From contig CAZCCG010000001.1 in NCBI GenBank assembly GCA_964497535.1, positions 2,688 through 66,687 on the forward strand: a stretch of DNA of 64,000 nucleotides. The letters are read 5' to 3'. Of this stretch, positions 56,889-64,000 are shown one piece after another (the stretch's first letter is position 1; each line of letters opens with the position of its first letter). The position numbers and the translations under genes are program-made. The notes below the pieces were generated by a model. That model was not told where the DNA came from. It saw only the letters and a program-made list of their open reading frames with translations, and did not search any database. The DNA is from an uncultured Gammaproteobacteria bacterium (lineage in GTDB: Bacteria; Patescibacteriota; Microgenomatia; Levybacterales; UBA12049).

Positions 56889-59267
56889 TTAGCAGGCGGA
56901 ATATCCGCAGGAGAAACATTTCTTGCAGCCTTCCTGATATGCCAGGGTCCCTGATCCACAATCAGGACAAATATCAAATAAATCAGTGTTGGGTAATCCT
57001 GTCGCTCCGCCTTCCAGGGTCAATTGCTGCATCATTGAAGATTTTTCTTCTGGTTCTGCCGCAACTGTATCCGCAGCAACCGGTGCATGATTATTTAGAC
57101 TCATCTTATCCTCTACGTGCCCATTCACTACAAATCCTGAATACTTTGCCATCACTTTTGCTACGGCGTCAGGCAATGATCTCACTCGATTGGGACCAAA
57201 CCCGACACTGCCTGAACCCCCAATACCTGCTAATTCTCCAACCAACGTTCTCATACGTTCTCTCCCCGGCACCGGGCTTGAGAGCCGCAAGAACTGAGAA
57301 ATAATGCGACCCAATGCATCTGCCATTGCCATGACATCTGATCCGGATTTTCCATGGTTGATAAAGACTTCAAACGGTTCATTTCCCCCATCATGATTAA
57401 TGGTAATATACACTTTTCCGGTTGGGGTCTCAGTCGCATATGTTACTCCCTGCACAACCATGGGACGAGGCAAAATCGGCTGTTCTTTTGCTTGCTCTAC
57501 AATCTCTTTTTTGACTTCTTCTTTTTTCTGATCCTCAACACGGGAGAGTACTCCTTCGCGGGATCCATCGCGCATATAGGTTACTCCTTTGAGTCCCAGA
57601 TCATACGCTGCCATGTAGAGTATCTTTACATCCTCAACAGTGTGGGAGTTAGGAGCATTCACAGTCTTTGAAATAGATGAATCAATATATTCCTGCGCAA
57701 CTGCTTGTACCTGAGCATGCTCCATGGGGTTTAAATCGTTTGCGCCGACATAATACCCCGGCTTTTCTGCATCTGGATGGTCTTTTTTCCATTCTTCAAA
57801 GAGCGGATGATACATGATGTGTTCTCCGGTTCGATCCCGTCGGATAAAGGTGAATTCATATACCGGTTCGACCCCTGATGAGACACCGGACAGAAGACTT
57901 GTCGTACCGGTTGGGGCAATCGTCAATAGCACTGCATTACGAATCCCCTGTTTTTTAATTTTGTCCCTGATTTTCTTTGGCAATGCTTTGATGTGATAGC
58001 CTTTCATATACTTTTTATTATCAAATTTGGGGAAGGCTCCTTTTTCTTTGGCAATATCAGAAGATGCATCATAGGCATTGTCACGAAGAACCTGGAACAT
58101 CTTTCGAATCGTCGGCATTGCTTCCTCTGATCCATAGCGCAGTTTCATTTTTATCAATGCGTCAGCAAGTCCCATGATCCCCAGTCCCGTTCGTCTGATC
58201 TCTTTGGCAATCTGCTCATTCTCAGGGAAGAAATAATAAGTCTGATCAATAACATTGTCCAAAAACCGCATGGCAACACGAACATCTTTACCAAACTGGT
58301 CAAAATCAAATTTCTCATCTTTCACATACGCTGCCAGATTCATGGCACCCAGATTGCATACTGCCCATGGCCCAAGCGGTTGCTCTCCACAGGGATTGGT
58401 TGCAACCAGTCTTTCAAAATACCAGGTGTTTGACCGCTTGTTGGATCGCTCCAGAAAATGAAGTCCCGGTTCTGCACTTCTCCATGCAGCAGTACAGATC
58501 AAATCCCACAAATATTTTGCTTTGATAGTCTTGTAGACTTTGACTTTCCCACCCATTTTCTTCCATTCATCCAGTTCCCCTCTCCAATGGGTATCATAAC
58601 GGGGATCATCCAGATCAGCGTATACCAGATCCCAATCTGAATCTTTTTTGACTGCTTCCATGAAAGCATCCGATACACAAACCGACAAATTGGCACCATT
58701 GATCTTTGAGAGGTCTTGTTTGACTGTAATAAATTCTTCAACATCCGGATGCCAATCCCACAGCATAAGCATTGTGGCCCCACGACGAGTACCGCCTTGT
58801 TGCACGACATCATGAGTTGCGTAGGAGAAAAGCCCTGCCCACGTGACTGGACCCGATGAAGTTCCATTGACCTTTTTGACACGCGCGCCACGCGGTCGAA
58901 GAGATGAAAGATTAAGCCCTACTCCGCCTGAGCGGGATTGAATTTCAACCAATTGTTTGAGTGAGTCCAAAATTCCTTCTCGTGAATCTTTGGGAGATGG
59001 GATAACGAAACAATTAAAATACGTAACCTGGTATCCTGTTCCGGCACCGGATAAGATGCGCCCACCGGGAACAAATTTAAAATCGGACATGACATTATAA
59101 AATGCCTCTTCCCACTGTGCCCGTTTTGGAGCTTTTTCAATTTCTGCGATACCCCGAGCAACCCGTCTCCACATGTCTTCTGGTGTTGGTTCTGTGGGAT
59201 TCCCCTCTTTATCTTTCAAAGAGTATCGATCCAAAAATACTTTTTCGCGAATTCCGTCAAGTTTCAT
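56889..59267 (-). CDS. nrdJ: class II (adenosylcobalamin-dependent) ribonucleotide reductase
   Basis: TNPCGEQ, CNLG, TIAPTGT, SSISKT, C-terminal TSCPD-like domain and CPDC...C..CGYSAC. Confidence 0.95.
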   Translation of the reverse strand: MKLDGIREKVFLDRYSLKDKEGNPTEPTPEDMWRRVARGIAEIEKAPKRAQWEEAFYNVMSDFKFVPGGRILSGAGTGYQVTYFNCFVIPSPKDSREGILDSLKQLVEIQSRSGGVGLNLSSLRPRGARVKKVNGTSSGPVTWAGLFSYATHDVVQQGGTRRGATMLMLWDWHPDVEEFITVKQDLSKINGANLSVCVSDAFMEAVKKDSDWDLVYADLDDPRYDTHWRGELDEWKKMGGKVKVYKTIKAKYLWDLICTAAWRSAEPGLHFLERSNKRSNTWYFERLVATNPCGEQPLGPWAVCNLGAMNLAAYVKDEKFDFDQFGKDVRVAMRFLDNVIDQTYYFFPENEQIAKEIRRTGLGIMGLADALIKMKLRYGSEEAMPTIRKMFQVLRDNAYDASSDIAKEKGAFPKFDNKKYMKGYHIKALPKKIRDKIKKQGIRNAVLLTIAPTGTTSLLSGVSSGVEPVYEFTFIRRDRTGEHIMYHPLFEEWKKDHPDAEKPGYYVGANDLNPMEHAQVQAVAQEYIDSSISKTVNAPNSHTVEDVKILYMAAYDLGLKGVTYMRDGSREGVLSRVEDQKKEEVKKEIVEQAKEQPILPRPMVVQGVTYATETPTGKVYITINHDGGNEPFEVFINHGKSGSDVMAMADALGRIISQFLRLSSPVPGRERMRTLVGELAGIGGSGSVGFGPNRVRSLPDAVAKVMAKYSGFVVNGHVEDKMSLNNHAPVAADTVAAEPEEKSSMMQQLTLEGGATGLPNTDLFDICPDCGSGTLAYQEGCKKCFSCGYSAC

Positions 59268-59335
59268 AATAGTCTCTGTATTGTAATACTGTTTTGTAAA
59301 GATTGAAACAAGTATTTTGCGCTAAATCTGTAATA

Positions 59336-59785
59336 CTACTGTAATAGCCTTTTTACTTCTTTTTCAAAATCTTCTACGTCGACAAAGCGCTTAAATACAC
59401 TTGAAAACCGGATATATGCTACCTTGTCAATTTTTTTCAATCGGTTTGCTGCTAAGTGTCCAATCCGTTTACTCTCTACTTCAACCGAATCGGCACTCAA
59501 AAGCTCTTTTTCTACTTCATCAACAATTCTGTCGATCTGTTCCAAAGAAACGGTCGTCTTTTCTGTTGATTTTAACAGTCCCTGTTTTAATTTTTCCCGT
59601 TTGAACTGCTCTCTCTTCCCATCCTTTTTGGTAACGAATAAGTTGACCGATTCAACCCGTTCGTATGTGGTAAACCGCTTACCGCAGTCAAGACACGAGC
59701 GACGCCTGCGAATCGTTTCCAAATCTTCACTGTCTCGCGTCTCTACTACTTCTGTTTCTCTTCCTCTGCAATACGGACACCTCAT
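59336..59785 (-). CDS. nrdR: transcriptional repressor NrdR
   Basis: MRCPYC, RRRRSC..C..RFTTYE, ATP cone, VAYIRF. Confidence 0.97.
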   Translation of the reverse strand: MRCPYCRGRETEVVETRDSEDLETIRRRRSCLDCGKRFTTYERVESVNLFVTKKDGKREQFKREKLKQGLLKSTEKTTVSLEQIDRIVDEVEKELLSADSVEVESKRIGHLAANRLKKIDKVAYIRFSSVFKRFVDVEDFEKEVKRLLQ

Positions 59786-59805
59786 AACTAAGCGTTTAGT
59801 TCAAT

Positions 59806-59853
59806 AGCGTTCCCGCCTAGACTCGCGTCTGGCGAGGCTGGTAGCGTATAGTT
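59806..59853 (-). repeat. right arm of 48-bp inverted repeat flanking nrdR-nrdJ
   Basis: see 56823-56870. Confidence 0.95.
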
Positions 59854-59914
59854 GATTTCTATCGTTCAGTTATCTGCCTATAACTAAATGTTCAAAAAAT
59901 TAGCCGCTCAACGC

Positions 59915-59967
59915 TCACTACAACTAGTGGTAATAACTAGAATAGGACACTATATATGCGGTGTCAA
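59915..59967 (-). promoter_or_regulatory. nrdR-nrdJ promoter with tandem NrdR boxes
   Basis: TTGACA-17-TATTCT on minus strand; boxes TCACTACAACTAGTGG (59915-59930) and ACACTATATATGCGGT (59947-59962), 32 bp apart. Confidence 0.75.
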
Positions 59968-60098
59968 CTGGAAATTTCTGTATCAAAACCCAGCAGTGGT
60001 GTTTTCTAGCTTCATTCTTTGTTTTTTCAGGATTTGCTGAATTGGAGGTGAATTATTGCTGAGAAAAATTGAGTATAAAAAGATGACAACTGAAGAAT

Positions 60099-60710
60099 TT
60101 ATTGTTGGCTCTTGGGTACAAGCGGTTTTACCTGATTCTCATATTGATCTGTTCTTTTGATCAAATTCGTGAGTCGAGACACATATTTCTTGGGTGCTTT
60201 TTTGAGTAGGTCTTTATAGACTGCCTCATGCTTTTGCGCTGAAATATATACTTTTAGAATGATCTCTCCGTTGCCGATCCCCTGTTGTTTTGCTGCTTTA
60301 ATCTTTGCAATTGATTGCTCAAAATAATTTTCTCCTTTATCAAAGGTTGTAAAGGCCAATTCCTCTTTTCCCTTATGTTGTTGGTAGAGATAGAGCCCCG
60401 CTTGTAATCTTTTATCTGCTTGCAGAAGATTAAACTCTGCCTGCTTGGTAGGATCTGATATCAATAATCCAATCATACGATCTCGAAATGTTTTGAGAAT
60501 GTAGAGCGGATTATCCGGTAACAGCCCCGGATATGGCAGGACATAACTTTGGACCGGGTCGTTCTGTTGAGTAGCAGCCATCGAAGAAGAAAGCTCATGG
60601 GTTGGCAATATAATCTCCTCTTGGGCAAAAGCCACGGGAGATAGAGAAAGGATTACAAGTAGTACTATACTGAACAAAAACAATTTTTTCATAGCTATTA
60701 TCTTCTGCAT
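60099..60710 (-). CDS. DUF5667-like secreted protein
   Basis: signal peptide, LPYPGLLPDNPLY.LK..RD, ADKR. Confidence 0.8.
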   Translation of the reverse strand: MQKIIAMKKLFLFSIVLLVILSLSPVAFAQEEIILPTHELSSSMAATQQNDPVQSYVLPYPGLLPDNPLYILKTFRDRMIGLLISDPTKQAEFNLLQADKRLQAGLYLYQQHKGKEELAFTTFDKGENYFEQSIAKIKAAKQQGIGNGEIILKVYISAQKHEAVYKDLLKKAPKKYVSRLTNLIKRTDQYENQVKPLVPKSQQ

Positions 60711-60801
60711 TACACCCTATAACTGCTGAGATGTCAAGTAGGTAACCAAGGGAATTTACATGGATTATTGCGGATCAGTTCGAAATCGGTGGCAATCAAT
60801 G

Positions 60802-61392
60802 CTATTGAGATGTGTATCCCAGGGCTTCTAATGCAAGGCGGAGGGACTCATCCTGGTTGTGTGAATAGGTATTAATAACCAGGTCATAGTATTTAGGGTC
60901 AAAGTAATTCCAGTTGGGGTCCCCATTGGCATAGAGTCTACTCCATTTCTCCAGATTTTGGCGATCTCGTTCATGCGCTTGATGTTTTGCTTCATCAATG
61001 GTGATCCCATCCCGATTCATAAGCCGGTCTATTCGTACATCAACCTTATCCAATCCATGAGAATCCTCACACACAACAAAAATTTTAAATACTCCTTCTA
61101 TTCCCTGCGCGTCAAATCCCGCCAAATGACTCTGGATAACATGATTCGATTCTTCACGTAAAATCTTTTTCACTTTCTCTTCATATTCCAGATCGAAATT
61201 ATCAGGCCGTTTGCTCGTCTCCTCTACCGCTGCTCCAATTTCTGCCTGGACTCGGCGTAAAATTTTGCCACCTTCCAGTACTTCCCACCCAAGGATATGC
61301 CCCAACCGTTCTGCCAAAGTTGTAGCACCGGATGCAATTCTTCCTGAAACAGTTATGTTTCGAATGTTTTTGAGCTGTGCGGGTGTATCCAT
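60802..61392 (-). CDS. cmk: cytidylate kinase (archaeal-type)
   Basis: ITVSGRIASGATTLA P-loop, YDLVINT. Confidence 0.78.
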   Translation of the reverse strand: MDTPAQLKNIRNITVSGRIASGATTLAERLGHILGWEVLEGGKILRRVQAEIGAAVEETSKRPDNFDLEYEEKVKKILREESNHVIQSHLAGFDAQGIEGVFKIFVVCEDSHGLDKVDVRIDRLMNRDGITIDEAKHQAHERDRQNLEKWSRLYANGDPNWNYFDPKYYDLVINTYSHNQDESLRLALEALGYTSQ

Positions 61393-61394
61393 AG

Positions 61395-62459
61395 TTAGTT
61401 TTTTCGAAGCAGTAAAATCTCTTCTACCAGACGGTTGGCATAACCATATTCATTGTCATACCAGGCAATGACTTTGACCATATTTCCCCCTACAACTTGT
61501 GTGAGAGACAAATCGACAATTGCAGAGTGAGGATTACCAATAATATCACTTGAAACTAATGGATCTTCTGTAACTTCCAGAATACCGCGGAACGCTGAAT
61601 TTTGAGCTGCCTGATCTTTGATAACTGTATTTACTTCCTCTGTTGTAGTTTCTCTCTTCAAAAGAAAAGTGAAATCAGAAAGTGAACCAGTAATGGTTGG
61701 AACCCGCACCGAGAGTCCGCTAAAATTATTTGCCAATGCCGGAATTGCTTTTGCTGCTGCTTTTGTTGCACCGGTTGAGGTAGGAATCATATTTTGTGCT
61801 GCAGCTCGAGCCCTTCTGTAATCCTTGTGTCCCCCATCTTGTAGTCGTTGGTCCGAGGTATAACTATGAATTGTCGTCATCATAGCTTTTTCAATACCAA
61901 AATGGTCTTGCATGATTTTTGCCACCGGCGCGATACAGTTGGTTGTACAGGAAGCATTACTCACAACAGTCTCTCCCTGATAGTTTTCTGCATTTACTGA
62001 TAATACATAGGTCGGAATTGAATCTTCCTTGGCAGGTGCTGATAAGAGTACTGCCTTGGCTCCGGCCTGCATATGTAATTTAGCTTTGTCTTGTGTCAGA
62101 AAATGTCCTGTGGACTCAATTACAACATCAACATCCAAATCTTTCCACGGCAAAAGCGTTGGATCCTTTTGGGAGAAAACAGGAACCTCTTTATTATCAA
62201 TAACCAAAGACCCCAGTAAACTTGTTTTGGTATCAGGTGCCGAAGGAGCGGCTGGAGTAGCTTGTTTGATTCCCAATTCATGTCCCTGAAGCGGTCCGTA
62301 TGCACTGTCATATTTAAGAAGATACATCCACCCTTTCAAGTCTGTAGAAGAACCGGCATTAATAGCAATAACTTCCATTTCGGAATTGTGCTTTTCTAGA
62401 ATAATCCTATGGGCAACGCGTCCAATGCGTCCATAGCCATTAATAGCAACTCGTATCAT
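61395..62459 (-). CDS. gap: type I glyceraldehyde-3-phosphate dehydrogenase
   Basis: INGYGRIGR, SNASCTTNC, WYDNEYGY. Confidence 0.97.
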   Translation of the reverse strand: MIRVAINGYGRIGRVAHRIILEKHNSEMEVIAINAGSSTDLKGWMYLLKYDSAYGPLQGHELGIKQATPAAPSAPDTKTSLLGSLVIDNKEVPVFSQKDPTLLPWKDLDVDVVIESTGHFLTQDKAKLHMQAGAKAVLLSAPAKEDSIPTYVLSVNAENYQGETVVSNASCTTNCIAPVAKIMQDHFGIEKAMMTTIHSYTSDQRLQDGGHKDYRRARAAAQNMIPTSTGATKAAAKAIPALANNFSGLSVRVPTITGSLSDFTFLLKRETTTEEVNTVIKDQAAQNSAFRGILEVTEDPLVSSDIIGNPHSAIVDLSLTQVVGGNMVKVIAWYDNEYGYANRLVEEILLLRKN

Positions 62460-62545
62460 AGGATGAGTATATACCGCCATGATAAAACCGGCAAGTGGAT
62501 AAATCCAATGCTACTACAAAATTTTCAATTTGAAATTTTCATTGA

Positions 62546-62655
62546 ATCCTTCGACTCCGCTCAGAACAAGTGAATCAAAGCAATACCATAACTCATAATT
62601 CATACTTCATGATTCCCAACTGTTAATTCTTAGCGGTAGACTGTAGTCTGTAGAC
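62546..62655. repeat. family B nested repeat element, copy 3 (partial)
   Basis: TCCTTCGACTCCGCTCAGAACAAGTGAATCAA...CCATAACTCATAATTCATACTTCATGATTCCCAACTGTTAATT. Confidence 0.88.
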
Positions 62656-62704
62656 CACCGTTACCCTATTGCATTTTGTCTTTTTCTGTGTACATACTAT
62701 ATAT

Positions 62705-62893
62705 ATGGCTAAGAAAAAAACCAAGTCATCCCCCTCTTCCCGTCGAGTCCATCCGCTTCATCGAAGTCATTCGATCTCAGGAAGTTTTAAAAAACATCCG
62801 GTGTTAACCCTATCTCTGATTGCCATGATACTGTTGTTTGTCGGAATTATTTATATTTCCCTCCTCTCTCCCTTTGTAGCAGTCCCCGCATAA
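62705..62893 (+). CDS. small protein with basic N-terminus and a single TM
   Basis: MAKKKTKSS... plus C-terminal hydrophobic helix. Confidence 0.55.
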   Translation: MAKKKTKSSPSSRRVHPLHRSHSISGSFKKHPVLTLSLIAMILLFVGIIYISLLSPFVAVPA

Positions 62894-63061
62894 TCCTTAA
62901 AGCACAAATGAATGGTACTGCGTATTTCGTACATCGTATTTTGTATTTCGCTCTCTCTGGAATTTCCTATATACGATATACCATATACTAAATACGAACT
63001 GTAAGAAAAATTGAAGACTATGAAACAAGTAGATTTTTAGGATACGATACCCTACCCAAAC

Positions 63062-63826
63062 CTACTTGGAGGAATCCACTTTGAGAGTCTTTATTGCTTC
63101 TTGTACGGTTGTCATAAATTGAGCAGGGAAAATAATAGTTGAATTTTTTTCGGTGGAAATCTCAGCCATTGTTTGTAGTGTCCGCAGCTGGAGAGCGACG
63201 GGATGTTTTGAAATCAAATCAGCTGCTTCTCCTAATTTCTGGGCTGCTTGAAACTCTCCATCTGCCGCAATAATTTTTGCCCGTCGTTCGCGGTCTGCTT
63301 CTGCTTCTTTGGCCATTGCCCGCTGCATATTGTCCGGGAGTTGGATATCTTTGATTTCAACTGCCGTTACTTGTACTCCCCAGGGCTCAGTGTGGTTGTC
63401 TATGACATTTTTGATTTGAGTATTGATGTCTGAGGTTTTCGATAGCAACTGGTCCAACATAAACTGCCCGACGACATTGCGAACCGTTGTTTGAGATATT
63501 TGGTTAACTGCTTCATAGACATCTTCTATAGCAATCACTGACTTTTGCGGATCACTTACCAGATAATAAGCTACTGCTGCAATATCAATAGAAACATTAT
63601 CTTTTGTGATAATTTTTTGGGAAGGAATTCCCATAGTTACAGTGCGAAGGCTTACCCGCTGCATACGCTCTACAATCGGGATAAGAATAATGAGCCCCGG
63701 ACCCCTGACTCCGGTAACTCGTCCTAGGAAAAAAACAACTCCCCGCTCATACTCCTGCACCACACGAAGTGACGCAAAAAGAAAAAATAGAACAATTACG
63801 ATAAGAATCGGGATTACAAATTCCAT
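63062..63826 (-). CDS. SPFH/band 7 (stomatin-like) protein
   Basis: [42 protein letters not shown]. Confidence 0.95.
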   Translation of the reverse strand: MEFVIPILIVIVLFFLFASLRVVQEYERGVVFFLGRVTGVRGPGLIILIPIVERMQRVSLRTVTMGIPSQKIITKDNVSIDIAAVAYYLVSDPQKSVIAIEDVYEAVNQISQTTVRNVVGQFMLDQLLSKTSDINTQIKNVIDNHTEPWGVQVTAVEIKDIQLPDNMQRAMAKEAEADRERRAKIIAADGEFQAAQKLGEAADLISKHPVALQLRTLQTMAEISTEKNSTIIFPAQFMTTVQEAIKTLKVDSSK

Positions 63827-63892
63827 ACTTTCACTATATGAAGAAGCCAAAAGGAAGTCAATAGGAAACACAGTATTTTTTGTGGAATAAAT

Positions 63893-63917
63893 GGGGGTCG
63901 AGTCAGACTCGACCCCC
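63893..63917 (-). repeat. palindrome (CGAGTCTGACTCG family)
   Basis: GGGGGTCGAGTC-A-GACTCGACCCCC; probably ends another cassette truncated by the window edge. Confidence 0.85.
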
Positions 63918-64000
63918 CGACTTGGTGACTAGCGGCTCGTCGTTGGTGCCGGACAGCTTAACTGCCATGCATCCAATGGGTGCGTCCGGCACCACTGCCG

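Noticed and set aside
63944-63994. 11-bp inverted repeat TGGTGCCGGAC...GTCCGGCACCA
   Set aside because: At the window edge inside a probable truncated ORF; cannot be evaluated.

Overview
Chromosomal segment of a reduced-genome bacterium, most consistent with Candidate Phyla Radiation/Patescibacteria (Microgenomates-like). This is inferred from gene content: archaeal-type ATP-dependent ligase, PyrH and Cmk; a stand-alone PolA 5'-3' exonuclease; a CPR-type TraG/VirB4-like ATPase; many Pro/Thr-rich secreted proteins; genetic code 11. The backbone is housekeeping genes (trxA/trxB, dsbA, fur/zur plus a ZIP transporter, pth, endoQ, lig, recF, pyrH, mutM, ftsH, trpS, tgt, murD/murI, a Xer-type recombinase, pduO, nrdR-nrdJ, cmk, gap). 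It also carries two tRNAs (Met-CAT and a rare Ile-TAT), a SAM-I riboswitch and a cobalamin riboswitch. No transposase, CRISPR array, prophage structural gene or reverse transcriptase was seen. Three layers of unexplained structure stand out. (1) About nine dispersed orphan mini-operons use strong Shine-Dalgarno sites, whereas many core genes look leaderless; they end in GC-rich hairpins, four of which share a GTCT-centred motif. (2) Nested palindromic and heptamer repeats occur between genes and are also inserted in frame in conserved enzymes and inside the B12 riboswitch; a 47/48-bp inverted pair brackets nrdR-nrdJ. (3) RNA-level oddities: a SAM-I riboswitch ahead of an unknown 110-aa protein, a candidate three-way-junction leader RNA, and tRNA-Ile(UAU). 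All family calls are from motif recognition by eye; no database search or computation was run.
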